From Stylophora pistillata (taxonomy: Eukaryota): a stretch of DNA of 64,000 nt. The stretch lies in the NCBI RefSeq assembly GCF_002571385.2, contig NW_019217821.1, positions 1,020,635-1,084,634 on the forward strand. The letters run 5' to 3'. A model generated the notes under the pieces. That model worked only from the letters and a program-made list of their open reading frames with translations. It was not told the origin of the DNA and searched no databases. The number at the start of each line of letters is the position of its first letter. Position 1 is the first letter of the stretch. This document shows, piece after piece, positions 29,201-40,800 of this stretch. Position numbers and translations under genes: made by a program.

Positions 29201-30382
29201 AGTAATGAACTTACCAGTGCTGTGGTTAAAATAGTAGGTTGTTACAGGTTTGTTTCCATTTTTTTCCTTTTAGATGTTGAGTAAAAGGAAAGGAGAAGAA
29301 GGGTAAGTTGCTCAAAACTTGGATTATCAAAAAAAAAGAAAAAAAAAGGACAGCAAGGATAAGGATGAATGAAATGTGTTGAAAATCTGAATATTGCAAA
29401 GAAATCACTCTTTTCTTGCCCACTATTTACTTGGAATATCTATTTTTAGTATATACCAAAACAGTGGAGAGCAATGAAGGCACACTCTAACTGGCTAGTC
29501 AAACTCCAAATATTCTTTGCTATTTACTTCTGAGGAACTCGGGATAAAATCGCGTCCCAGTTTGCATCCGTGACAAGCAAAGAAATCACTCAAATCAATT
29601 TTTGGTGATGTATATGATCTCACTGTTTTAGTATATACTAAAACAACTATTCACCGTGGTGGAGGTGGTTAGTAGTGGTTATTTACCTCACCACTTCGCG
29701 GCTCGGTAAATATCCACCACTAACCACCTCAACCTAGGTGAATAGTTGTTAAAGAAATGAAATAGAAATTTTATCATGACCAATCACATTTTTGTCATTA
29801 ATAGATGAAACGTGGTGCAGCCGTAGCATTTAAGAAGCCTAATCCCAATCACAGTCAGAAATGTACTTTAATAGATTATGTATGATAAGAAAGCTGAATT
29901 ATACAGACTCCCTGATTGGTTTTCACTTATGATCTATTAAAGCACATGTGCATAGACATTGTAAGCTTTTGGTTCGACTTTGTTGAGCTTTGTCGTTGCT
30001 GTACTCTGCGACGGCGATTAGCAGTGAAAATTATAATTATTATTATCATTAAAAATTATTATTGTTATTTCGACAATGCCAACATGAACAACATTTTGTT
30101 GGCTGCATTTTGTATGCCACTGTGATCTGAACAGACACATTGTAACATGGAACACTAAACCAGTGGTAAAACTGAAAAAGTTATCCAGATTGCATACTTA
30201 AAAAATCAGCTACACCACATCATTAAAATGAAACATATGAAACATATATGAAATGAAACATATATTTTGTATTTGTGTAGCCAGTTATTGTAAAATTCAT
30301 TGAAACAATTCTAACTATTTATTACCAATTGTCTTTTAGGAAAGGAGACTCAGATGGCAAGAGACGAAAGCATAGGGATTAA
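12025..30382 (+). CDS. IK: Protein RED / IK (spliceosomal B-complex protein)
   Basis: Exons: 12025-12034, ~12410/12418-12559 (junction phase ambiguous), 14188-14268, 14506-14575, 15002-15102, 15560-15671, 17614-17693, 17952-17998, 18357-18430, 19145-19234, 19514-19625, 20381-20444, 22718-22859, 24014-24032, 24568-24620, 24715-24755, 25180-25260, 25896-25953, 28736-28824, 28964-29072, 29274-29302, 30340-30382. Diagnostic peptides: LTNEDFRKLLMTPR, KYRDRARERRDG, SKFLGGDMEHTHLVKGLDFALLQKVR, DIPTTLIRSKADCP, YSECYPG, EALPKAAFQFGIKMSEGRKTRR. Confidence 0.95.
12588..12726. mobile_element. Palindromic MITE (TA-flanked, Tc1/mariner-like)
   Basis: ATATGTTGTAGTTCAATTTTATCCTTGGTTCAAATTTTATTTTCCTTTG and its reverse complement form ~50-bp arms. 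Confidence 0.8.
12722..13410 (-). mobile_element. 5'-truncated LINE 3' fragment (CR1/L2-like) with (ATGT)n tail
   Basis: ORF 13042-13431 has RT C-terminal features (YGIVIWGS, IHIRAARLI, SYNLR). An AWNALPDNL motif follows in another frame, then AATAAA and a microsatellite tail. Confidence 0.8.
13790..13960. mobile_element. Degenerate DNA-transposon MITE; related copy at ~55545-55739
   Basis: TACTGTAGAACC...AACTTGA motifs. The 55.5-kb copy has AACTCGAAC repeats and ends GAGGTTCTACTGT. Confidence 0.45.
15712..15800 (-). mobile_element. Fragment of the Penelope-like repeat family (further fragments at ~14340-14450, ~16400-16560, ~17825-17920, ~27825-27900)
   Basis: Shares GTAAGTTTCTAAAGAAACTGTGG...GCTGC and TCAAC-AGTTGA motifs with the 11123 and 55887 elements. 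Confidence 0.6.
16707..17282 (+). mobile_element. Non-autonomous element with subterminal inverted repeat and long terminal hairpin (Crypton-like, tentative)
   Basis: TTATTATCCAAC (~16719) ... GTTGGATAATAA (~17121), then a ~70-bp-arm hairpin at 17137-17275. Internal peptide MANVGPSS...ISSFNEENRNSNTT. Single N at 17075. Confidence 0.5.
19640..20065. mobile_element. Two adjacent copies of an abundant TTAA-type (piggyBac-like) MITE family
   Basis: Family motifs AATTTCTCCTTACAATATC, AAATTCTCC, GATCTTGGGAGT and TGATCATTTCCTTTATTCTC. Other degenerate copies lie at ~9517-9690, 24310-24490, 33320-33610, 33750-33872, 43155-43345 and 50870-51075. Confidence 0.6.
20620..22592 (+). mobile_element. AcademH-like DNA transposon derivative with long TIRs and a RecQ helicase relic
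   Basis: TIRs start CATCCTCGGAGACCCAGGGGCTGTGAGTC and run imperfectly for ~550 bp. 9-bp TSD TGATTTGTG at 20611-20619 and 22593-22601. Internal degenerate helicase coding sequence at 21513-21924. Confidence 0.85.
21513..21924 (+). pseudogene. Degenerate RecQ-family helicase N-terminus inside the transposon
   Basis: LKSEQKLI...GSRDVFEQLPKGFRKSLIFQLLP...PLVIV/ISPLLSIVEDRV...SLGIDAA, matching RecQ motifs 0/I/Ia, with stop codons and frameshifts. Confidence 0.8.
22880..23740. mobile_element. Hairpin-ended repeat (Crypton-like, tentative) interrupted by an assembly gap
   Basis: Hairpin TGGGAAAATCTTGACCG...GTACAGAC...GTCTGTAC...GGTCAAGATTCTCCCA immediately before the N run; CpG-rich interior at ~23250-23650. 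Confidence 0.4.
22998..23091. other. Assembly gap (N run)
   Basis: Run of Ns in the sequence. Confidence 0.99.
24756..25179 (+). other. Candidate U12-type (minor spliceosome) GT-AG intron in IK
   Basis: 5' splice site GTATCCTG; branch-like AACTTGAC 11 nt upstream of an AAG acceptor, with no long polypyrimidine tract. The reading frame is preserved (DPK|RKKRDK). Confidence 0.65.
25444..25783 (-). mobile_element. tRNA-derived SINE with (ATGT)n tail
   Basis: Minus-strand head GGTTAGCTCAATTGGTCAGAACG...GGTTCGAGCCCC (A and B boxes), followed by a body and a microsatellite tail at ~25444-25458. Confidence 0.8.
26238..26372 (+). repeat. Degenerate relative of the tRNA-containing 251-bp unit (another at ~42375-42545, minus strand)
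   Basis: TAGTATCACAGAG...GGTTCAAGTCCTGTACAGGCCTGA resembles TAGTATCGCAGAGG...GGTTCGAGTCCCGTACAGGCCTGA. Confidence 0.6.
29438..29752. mobile_element. Non-autonomous element with terminal hairpin (Crypton-like, tentative); similar architecture at ~26440-27025 and ~61780-62115
   Basis: TTTTAGTATATAC.AAAACAGTG ... CACTGTTTTAGTATATACTAAAA inverted repeat, followed by hairpin AACAACTATTCACC...GGTGAATAGTTGTT. Confidence 0.5.
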
Positions 30383-31790
30383 GCAACTTACAAATTTGGA
30401 AGATTATTGAAAGTCCTCAAGTGTTTATTGTGTCTTTTAGAAAACGCACTCATGACTACATTGCAAAAAAATCAACTGTTAACTTTTTAAAGTAGAACTT
30501 TGGAATTGTAATTATTATAGTTTGTTAAATCTTTGATTATTTTTTCTTTGGTAAGCTGTGACAAGGATCTGGCATTTATCAATTTAAGATTGTCACAAAA
30601 TAGTCATCCTCCAAAATATAAAGTTGTTGATTTTCATCGCTTGTTTTCAATGCAACATATTAAAACCCTTAGGGGAAGTTTATTTAAATAAGGGATAAGG
30701 TTGCAAGGAGATGGTTTGTTGGAATTACCCTCATTATGTGGTGCAACTTAAAACGTAGGTAAAAAGCAGAACTGTACTTTTTAGATTCAGAGCTGGGGTA
30801 TTCTTAACTGATACTTCCCTCAGTCTCTAAGTTCTAAGCTGTGCGGCAGTTTAAGTCACACGGGGATCGAGTAGAAAATAATGTTAGTGAGTACATTTGT
30901 AGGGAAAGTTTCCAATTTGACGACCCGATTTACCTACACTGTAGTGATTGAAGCCCTAAGTGAAAGTGAGACAAAGTCATGTTAAATGAGATGTTTCAAA
31001 GAAAATTTCAGTTAACTTATTGTTTTCAAAGACAAGCAGTGTGGTTAGCAGTCTAGCATTTCAAGTATTATAACTCACTTTTTTTTTCTCTGGTGTAAAA
31101 CATGGTGACTTTGAAAGGTGCTGAGCCGAGAGGCTGTGTCATGTGTTGTAATATTACCGACAGTGTGTTAGGTTGGGTACCATAATATTGTAATAAAAAT
31201 TGACTGAAAGTAGTCTCCATGTACTTATCTAGTATGTACGTCACTTGGAAGTGACAGAAAGATGTACATACTCTCATTTGCAAAAGGGTTGACACCCAAA
31301 AAAGCATGATCCAGAACAATGAGACTCAACAGTTTCATGGAAAAGTATAATACAGATACTAAATCAATGATTCACTTTTCTCACTGTTCAAGAAAATTGT
31401 GATAATAATCCTTTTTTCCTGGAAAGTGTGGATAGCTTTGATCATTCACCATGTGCATGTATGCCTCCACAGAGAGCCATAGATGCACAGGGACCTTTTT
31501 AAGTGTCAATGATTTAACTTCTCAACAGTGGAAAGAGAGCGTTCAAATCCTCTAAAGCTGTCATCAGAGAAATTAGAGAGTGTGACAAATGCCCCTAAAA
31601 ACTTATTAAGTTGGAGTTTCCTCTCACAGGATTATGTAAGTGTAAAATGTGTGTAGTAACAACTGTCCATAGTCTATTGTGTTTGATTAAAGCTTAACAA
31701 AATTTTACGGAAATAAGGAGTACTACTTCTCATGATCATGAATCAAAACAATGTTTAAAGTATAGGAACAGCTACTAAATCTGACTGTAA

Positions 31791-34285
31791 TCAGGGTGAT
31801 GCAACAGACAAAGTTGGTTTCATTGGAACACCATCAATACTAGTAAAATCAATCACAATCTGACATTCCCTTGGTTTGAATTGCCTGTGAAGAGAACAAA
31901 AAGGTGTGAATACTCAATATATTCAGGATACATTATGGTAATGGGACTGAATGGAGTCCAATTTGGTCTCTGACCATTTTTATTTAATTCATTTATCAGA
32001 AATATTTAACCAGTCTGGCCCAGTTCAGCTGCAAGCTGATTTGCTACACCTTACAGGTGATATATTAACCTTCCAATTCCCAGAAGTAATTAACATACAA
32101 CTTCTTCCCTTTAAGATCCATACATTATCCAGCAAACAGGTAATGAGAATATTTAAACTTATCAGGTGGAAGTTGTTACCTAGAGCTAACACCAAATTCT
32201 CGTAACTAATTTACAAGAAAAATGTGGAGCTGTTAGTGGGGAGAATTAACAATCAGAACTTGGGAGTTAGGGGTTAATTCTGACAACCATGAAGCAGGAG
32301 TCCAAATTGTGTATCATTAGTATGAATAAACTTAAAAAAACAGAATGGAATGACATGCATTCCTCTTACCAATTCATCAAACCAATGACAAAATTTGAGA
32401 AAAAAAAAAAAAACTAAACTAGCCAGTGGCTATGTTTTTGTATAAAGCAATGGTCAACTCAGTAACATGCTCAACAAGAGAGCGCTCACGATGTGACCTG
32501 TCCAATTACACAGGCATGATGCTTACACTGCCTTTTACACTGTCTAATAAGAAGGGTAACACATGCTCTGTCCTAGTAATGATTAATTCCAGTTGGTGAT
32601 GACCAATAATGTGCAAGATCTTTTTGTAATAGTTTTGATTAATACTGAAACAGTAAGTGGCTAAAATTAAAAAATCACATGAAGGTAAAAAACATTTGAA
32701 ATGGACAAATACAGCTTTACTAATTAAAAGCAGTTAACTTCAAATTTTTGTAATGAACTATCCTATCTGTTCAGCTCTTTAAGTCAAGTTTCTGATTGAA
32801 AATTAAATTCTGTGAATACAGTTAAGCATAACAGAGGAAGCTATTAAGACTGGAGTGTATGTTGTTTACCATGTCTATAGGAATGAATTGGTATCAATAA
32901 GAACTAGCTTAATTTATGCTCAGAATTGAGAAAGTGACTCCAATGTGTGATACTGACATTAACCATGATTGTAAACTGGCTTATTTGCCATGGTTACCTG
33001 TAAGTTATCTTGGCCATATCAAGGAGCCTCCTTGAAGCCTTGCAGTTTGGTTGGTCATGGTACTTGTCAGAATAATAAATGACTTCCTTGATTCCTGCTT
33101 GAATGATCAGCTTGGTGCACTCATTGCAGGGGAAAAGGGCAACATAGATACTACAACCTTTAATGTCTGCTGAATTTTTATTCAGAATGGCATTCAGTTC
33201 AGCATGACAAACTAAAAAAAGATGACAGAAACAAGATGTCAGACATATAAAGGTCACTGATGTGAAGAACTAACCCAACTTAGATGCTGACAAGGAGACT
33301 TGGCTTGTTTAAAAATCAAGATTTTCTTTAGTTGGTGATCATTTCCTTTATTCTCGTGGCTTAAATTTAATATTCATGGATGATATTGTAGGGGTTGAAG
33401 AGTTAACCTTACTAGTGACTCCTGAGTGATTAACATCTAATTTCTCTTTACAATAATTATCATCCCTGAATCAAACATTAAGGTCAGGAGAATAAAGGAA
33501 ATGATCACTAACTCAAGAAGCTCTTGATTGTTAAACAAATTCTCCTTGTCAGCACCTTCAGAAATGTACAGAGAACAGTATGGAGAAATATGCAAACTGA
33601 TGTTAGGGTGTAAATATCTAACAGTCAGTAAAAAGGCTGAACAGGCCAGGTGAAATTTCTGATTATAAGCCTGGGTCAAGAAAATGTACTGGGGCAAAAA
33701 GGAATAAACCAACTCTTGGCCCTCCCCTTCATTTCATTGTGAATTAGTTAGAGTAATTTGGTGTTACCTGATAAGTTTGAGTATTCTCATTGCCCGTTGG
33801 CTGGATAATGTGTGAATATTACAGGGAGAAGTTACATGTTAATCAATTTGCTTCTGGGAGTTCAAAGGTTAAGCTTTCTTTTGGTCTGTCCCTTGTGGAC
33901 ATGTAGCTGTAATAGAACTTGATGTGCGCTCACCATAAGGGTATTTTGTGTCTAGATTGCTCTCTGCTTGTCTCGCCCAAGGTAATTCATCGTCACTGCA
34001 GCCATTAGGCATCCCATTGTATCCAATACCAACAATCTTCTTTTCAGGATTCACCACACAGGCTCCCACTTGGGAGTTAGGATCTTTGCTTCTTTGAGCA
34101 GAAAGAAATGCGACCGCCATGAAGTATTCATCCCAACTGAGGTAATCCGTTCGCTTGCCAGTTTTTGATAGAGTTTCAGTAGCCATGTTGTTGTATGCTG
34201 TGTTCTCATCGTGTTCTGTGTCACCGATTTTGGCCACTTTTCCCTTATCTGTATCTTCTGATGAAATTAGCTGTCGCTTCCACAT
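31791..34285 (-). CDS. DCTD: Deoxycytidylate (dCMP) deaminase
   Basis: Exons 34285-33934, 33211-32998, 31884-31791. Peptides [45 protein letters not shown] (HAE motif), ALFPCNEC (PCxxC motif), [14 protein letters not shown]. The start codon is uncertain because an upstream donor sits at ~34334. Confidence 0.95.
32065..32277. mobile_element. TTAA-flanked MITE (piggyBac-like)
   Basis: Ends TTAACCTTCCAATTCCCAGAAG ... CTTGGGAGTTAGGGGTTAA. A similar copy lies at 42068-42281. Confidence 0.7.
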
Positions 34286-34844
34286 CGCTGGCTTAGAGTA
34301 AGGAGATCGTGAACCGATCGCATCGAAATCTTACCTACTTGTAGATGTTTTCTCAACGAAAAAATCTACGTTTCCTGAGATTAACTATTTTTTTCACTTC
34401 TTTGTGGTCACTTTTCTCGCTCTGGTAGAAAAGATTGCAAAGTTCTGAACAGAATACTGCGTCTTTAACGGTTTTAGAGGCTTTGTGCATCAAAACAATC
34501 AAGTTTTCCCGCGAAATTGTGAATATACGTGACATATAAAAAATACTTTCATTGGTCATTAGCGATAATCCCTCTTTTTCAAACCAATTAAACCTCTTGT
34601 TTTATAAGAATTCTCGAGCGCAGCATGGGACAGCGGTGTCCAGGCCTCACTTCCACGCAGGGTGTGTGGGAATAGGAAAGGCTACTCTGCCAAATTTGCA
34701 TGCACAACAATTTACATTTGCATATTTTTCCCTGTTTGGGAGCTTTATTTGGCTTAGGAAAACATGTATCTACGTCTACCACGTATTTCCTGGAATGCCA
34801 TGGCATCTTACGCAAGGCACTCTTCTTTGATTCTTTAGCGCAAG
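34286..34844. promoter_or_regulatory. Probable bidirectional promoter region between DCTD and Shroom
   Basis: Divergent start codons ~560 bp apart in CpG-retaining sequence. Confidence 0.5.
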
Positions 34845-37800
34845 ATGTACAAGTTCAATCAACGCACGAAGAGCTCGGGAGAGATCTTTGACGTTGTTCT
34901 CTCTGGAGGTTCGCCTTGGGGTTTTACATTGCAAGGGGGCAGTGAATTCAGAACGAAGCTTTGTGTTTTAAAGGTCAGTAGTCTACCTGATGCGTCCTTT
35001 CCCAGAAAATTTGGTTTGTTTAGTAATGAGAGGAGTCGAGTAGGAAATTAAATCGCCGCTAATAAAATCGTGGCGCGGGTCTCAACGGCTTCTTTGTGTG
35101 TGGTGTTTTGCTTGTACGCATTAGGATAGATTGTTAGGTATATTTTCTTAGCCAAAATATGGGAACACCAATAAGCAAGAAGAAACTCTGATTTAAAGAT
35201 AACCGGTTGCATGGAACTTGGTGTAGTGTTACCTTCCTGGTTGGAGCGAAATCCAAGCCGTTCTCCGTTTCTGTTTTACTGCAATCGAATACCTGTTGTT
35301 ATAGCTTCCGTAGGTTGATGCGATGCCTACGTTTTTAACATGCTTCGCACTTAATTACGTCTTTGAATGAGTATTCTGTATTGGAGGTGTTTCTTCGTAA
35401 ACGTTTGAAACCTGAAGATCGAATGCTCTAAAAGAATCTTCGAGAAGTGTTGATCGGATATGCGACAAGTGCATCACAAAAATGTATGAATTTCTGTCTC
35501 GATGCCCACCACCAGTTGATGTGATTGACACTCGGAGCTTACTTACACTTATCGCGGGCCCTCTGGTGATTGTATTTTCGTGGGATGTTGCGCTCATGAC
35601 AGACTGTAGAGTTTAAATATTGTGTTACGTCGAAGTTGTGCTAAAATCTTTCGCATTCCAGTGTAACGTCGCTGAGGGACGGAGGTCAGCTTTTCGCGTT
35701 CACGTCCATGTTTTGGGGATGAGCTTGAGCGAACGAAGGTTTGTCAATGAAGGTTACATTAAGGCATCTTTGTGCTCTTGCAATTTGACTAGATGATTTG
35801 GCTATATTGTTCGGACTGAACTGCTTCGCAGCAGCCAGAAATTATTTGAAGAATGGAAATATGGGTCAAAATATTTTGCGATCGATGCTTCTGTTCGCAG
35901 AAATTCTGAAGGGTTCGAATCACGGATGCATTTTGGCATGTTTCAAAATATGAAATATACAGACATGGTTGACTGACTCTTAAGCACAGGTCGTTCGTTT
36001 TCGCATCTCAAATCTTGCCTCACAGGAAAACGAATATTAATTTACCACGTAGTCGTGTTTCAATGAATTAGTAAGAATGCTCGGAATCCTTCCTTTTGAT
36101 TGTTGTTGTTTATCTCGGTTTTCTCCGTCGTTTATATAATTTTGTCTAGATTATTTGTTTATGTGTCTGGGGAACTCTCAACATCCAAGACAAATTTTTG
36201 CCTTTTTGAAAGATTTCGTTTTGTTTAACAACTGTGTTTTTTTCTCGGCTTTCCTTCGTTTATCAACCTACCGTTACCCGGGGAAGTTCGAGGCGTTGTT
36301 TGAACTTTATACAGGTTAGGAATGTATTTTAGTTTGTCTTTGAAAGTACAAGTGATTCTCAACGCGTTGTATTAATTTCATGAAACTGCTTTGGCTGACT
36401 CATTTGTATTCGATAACTTCCTTGAAAACGTCGATTTTCATCCGTCAAGAAACCGCTTTTTTTTGTCCATGAAATTTTTATCAGATAGTTCGATGGCTTG
36501 AATTGACCGCCAGGGGACGTGTCAGAAACATATTTTTTTTGTTACAGTTTCGATTTAAGCTATTAAGTCTCAAGTTTTAATTTACGAGTTCGTTATCCAG
36601 ACCGGACGATAATAAATATAAGAGGAAGCATTTGACGGATAAGCTAACAATGAGATTTAAAATGCCTGATGATGTGAAAGTAATTTTGTCTTTCCCAATT
36701 TCTACTGATGGCAGAAGTAAACCATATTTATAAAATGTTCTTTATAAAATATGCAGATTCTTTAACGACTTTGTTGACATTGCCTTTAATTGCACTGTGT
36801 TACGTTTATTTTGCACTTGAGTTTTTGTTACTGATTCTTCGGAAGGTTGCATTAGATTTTCATCTAATATCTTTGTATTAGTAAAGTTGTTCAACAGAAG
36901 AGCCTATAATTCTCTTACACATAAGACTTCACTTAAAGACTGTTAAAAGGTTTCATTTTGAAACTCACATAAAGCTCAGTGTTTCTGGTATGACTTAGCA
37001 AAGTCTTAACATTTTAATCAAGTAAATTTTAAGTTCCAATATATACTTCACATGCATTTTTTTCAGGTATTTCAAACTTCTGTTTTATGTATAGATTAAT
37101 GGAATCTAAGCAGTTTATAAAAGCCAAAGATAGAACTTAATTCCTACCCTAGGAGAGTTTTTTTACCCCTTTTAATGTTTGCCCCAAGGAAAAGTTTGCT
37201 TATCAAGTTCTTAATCATATACATGGGTAACATAACTTAAAAAAAAAATTCGATTGGTATGGGGTCGACCCATAAAATATCAACATCTATACCTGGCTAA
37301 GGCACTAACTGTAGATTTAAAATATATAGGCATTTTTTTGCAAGACTGAAACTTCTGATTGAATGCACATGATTATACATATTTTTTTTTGGAATATATA
37401 TATTCTACTTACAGCTAGTAATGTGTAATTCTGAGATCTACTCCAAGAGTATTTATGTGTACTGGCCAACTGTTATAGAGGTTTGTAATTGATAGGGAGG
37501 GACCTTCAATGAACAGGCATCCAATTCAGAGGATGGTAACAGTACCCTATGTTGCCTTATGCTGCAGTGAAAGGGATTAGCTCAAGGGCCTTCTGGGCCG
37601 CTTGGCTTGGTTGAAGACTGGTGTCTTATCTAGCAGGGGTAGACTCAATTGTAGCTACGTAGAACTACAGAGACTAGGAATAAGCAGAGGAAGTTAGTTA
37701 TGTGGCTGTTGCCCGTGTTTGATTCCTGGATCTTGTGTCACCTGTGGGTTGAGTTTTGTTGTTGTTTCTCGTTCTTCCTCCAAGGGTTTTTCTCTGTGGA

Positions 37801-40800
37801 GCAAAAAAAAAAGCCACCTTGTGCCATGTCCACTGTTAAAGTGCCATTACTATTACTCAATATCACTATTATTACTAAGACCTTATTCACCTGAATTTTA
37901 ACTTTTGCCTCAGGTAACTCCTGGTGGCAAAGCAGATCTCTCTCTGGCTATTGCAGTTGGGGATGAAATTATAGCAATAAATGGTATTGAATGTGCATCC
38001 AGAGCAGAAGCCATTGAATTAGTAAGGTGTTCAAGACAGAAGCTTAAAATTGCTTTAAGAAGGTTAGTTTCTCATCTATATTCTTATAGAAATGTGTAGA
38101 GATATTTAATATTTTAATTTTGTAGTGTTATGATTTAAAGTTGAGGTACCTCAAATTCAGTAAGCTGAGCTTGTAATAAAAACTTTAAGGCAGTCTGAAG
38201 AAATAACTTAGTTTACAAATTCTGAGTCCAAGTACCTAGACAGTTCATGGAGACTTTGACATGAAGAAAATAAGTAACATATTTGTCGCTGAGATAGAAT
38301 AAATATATGAAAATCATATATTTTGAACTGCGGTATTTGATACGTATGATGGACGATCCTCGCAGTAGATAGCGCTATTTGAGCAATAGCGAAATTCAGA
38401 CCTGAAAAAAATCAGGCCTGTACGGGACTCGAACCACTGACCTCTGCGATACTAGTGCAGCGCTCTAACCAATTGAGCTAACAAGCCAACTGAGAGCAGG
38501 CCGTTAAGTTGATTCGTAATGAACCCGTGAAAGTGATAAATGAGATAGAATAAATATATGAAAATCATATATTTTGAACTGCGGTATTTGATACGTATGA
38601 TGGACGATCCTCGCAGTAGATAGCGCTATTTGAGCAATAGCGAAATTCAGACCTGAAAAAAATCAGGCCTGTACGGGACTCGAACCACTGACCTCTGCGA
38701 TACTAGTGCAGCGCTCTAACCAATTGAGCTAACAAGCCAACTGAGAGCAGGCCGTTAAGTTGATTCNAGCGCTATCTACTGCGAGGATCGTCCATCATAC
38801 GTATCAAATACCGCAGTTCAAAATATATGATTTTCATATATTTATTCTATCTCATTTATCACTTTCACGGGTTCATTACGAATCAACTTAACGGCCTGCT
38901 CTCAGTTGGCTTGTTAGCTCAATTGGTTAGAGCGCTGCACTAGTATCGCAGAGGTCAGTGGTTCGAGTCCCGTACAGGCCTGATTTTTTTCAGGTCTGAA
39001 TTTCGCTATTGCTCAAATAGCGCTATCTACTGCGAGGATCGTCCATCATACGTATCAAATACCGCAGTTCAAAATATATGATTTTCATATATTTATTCTA
39101 TCTCATTTATCACTTTCACGGGTTCATTACGAATCAACTTAACGGCCTGCTCTCAGTTGGCTTGTTAGCTCAATTGGTTAGAGCGCTGCACTAGTATCGC
39201 AGAGGTCAGTGGTTCGAGTCCCGTACAGGCCTGATTTTTTTCAGGTCTGAATTTCGCTATTGCTCAAATAGCGCTATCTACTGCGAGGATCGTCCATCAT
39301 ACGTATATTTGTCGCTACAATGTATCACTTTCTTCAATTCTAATGGTTCCAGCCTAGATTTGATCAAGACAACAAAATAAATTGAAACGAAAAAACAGCA
39401 AAATGATCTTGGTCAAGTAACTCCTGCAATTGACAGTTACATTTTCAATGTCTTCGACTTCTTCTTCCCAACATGTAAACAACAACAAGTATTGCACAAA
39501 GTTTGAGCATTTCTCCAAATTTCTGGAAAATATGCTTTTACAGCAGATTAAGATGGTAAATACAAAATTGGAGACCAGTGTCACTTTGGAACATGCATTA
39601 AAATTTTTGGCATATGTCTTTGCCTTCCAGCTGGAGAAAGCTTTGCCAAGTTATTTCTGGCAAACGTAGTCTCCCAGCAGATTAAGGTGGTATATTTAGG
39701 ACTTGGTTCCTGTGAAATGATGAATGTCAATCATTTGTCAATAGGATGAGACAAAGCAATAACCTTAATCTCCCACAAGGTTCTGAACCCATGACCTATG
39801 GATGTTGTGGTTTCAGAGCTTTGGAGAACTTGTTGATCAGCGAAAGCCATGTACAAAGTTCTGTCATACAATATGGTCTCTCGTACTTATCAAAATAGTG
39901 ACATCTTTTCTCAAGTCATATTTATTGTAAATTACCATTTTCTCCCTCTGTACAGGGTGGGTGGTGGACCAAGCCCTGTTGCTCAGTCCAATGGTGGTGT
40001 CATTAAGAAGAGTGGTGATGTGGTCCCAAATCTGTACAAAACAGCAAATGATTTTTATTCCACTTTTAATGTAGATAGACAGAAATTTGCTGAGATAACT
40101 CAGAACAAAAAATCTAGCAATATTTTCGATTCAACCGATAACCTTAGTGCTTCGCATGAAAACTTGTTAGAAAGCTATCGCCAAGTGGGCAATCAGCGGA
40201 ATTTTGTCAATTCACCCACCATGGAGGAAACTGGTGACAGGTTGTCAAGGTCATCAACAGAGATAGCTAATGGAAGAACAAGTCCAGAAGTGGATGGTCT
40301 GAGGTGAGCATTTAGATAAAAGTTAAATGACAGAAGTAATGTGTGATTTAAAGCTATTTCTGATTTTTGATACAACATCAAAAACTCTCTTTGTTTTGCA
40401 AGGAAAGGTAGGTAGGTATCAAATTTGTAACCTTTTTTCCACACACCCCTTCATATTTACAGTTGAATTCTGGTTTAAGGTTTGAATGCCATTGAAATCT
40501 CCAAGTGCAGGTGGTACCTTTATTATCATTTATTTTCACGAGACTTCATTTTTGTGATTTTCGCAATTTAAAAAAATTCGCCAAATTAAAGTCCCGTGAA
40601 AAAATGGTGCTGCGAAAATTAAAGACGCGAACTTTAGAGACCTTTATAAAAAATCCTTTATTTAAGCGTTCTGTCTGCTAGGAGTTTACATACGAGTAGG
40701 ATGGCTCAAATTTCAGCTCAATGCACACCCTTATTCCTCATCTTATTCTGACTCGTGCATCTCGCTTGTATCAGCCCTTTCAAAAGGTGTTGCTAAGTTG

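Larger units (their letters stand above)
38291..39304. mobile_element. Inverted tandem array of a 251-bp tRNA-containing unit with a 12-bp TSD
   Basis: About 1.9 units on the minus strand (38291-38766), a single N at 38767, then about 2.1 units on the plus strand (38768-39304). Units look identical by eye. Direct repeat ATATTTGTCGCT at 38279-38290 and 39305-39316. Confidence 0.9.

Noticed and set aside
31791-31793. Selenocysteine or readthrough at TGA stops (DCTD, Shroom, LamG protein)
   Set aside because: The stops fall at expected domain ends and no SECIS-like element was recognised.
34353-34891. Small ORFs between DCTD and Shroom
   Set aside because: No homology was recognised; the region is better explained as promoter and 5' UTRs.
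38291-39304. CRISPR-like array or functional tRNA gene cluster
   Set aside because: The context is eukaryotic and there are no variable spacers. T-stem and anticodon-stem mismatches plus a flanking TSD point to a mobile repeat.
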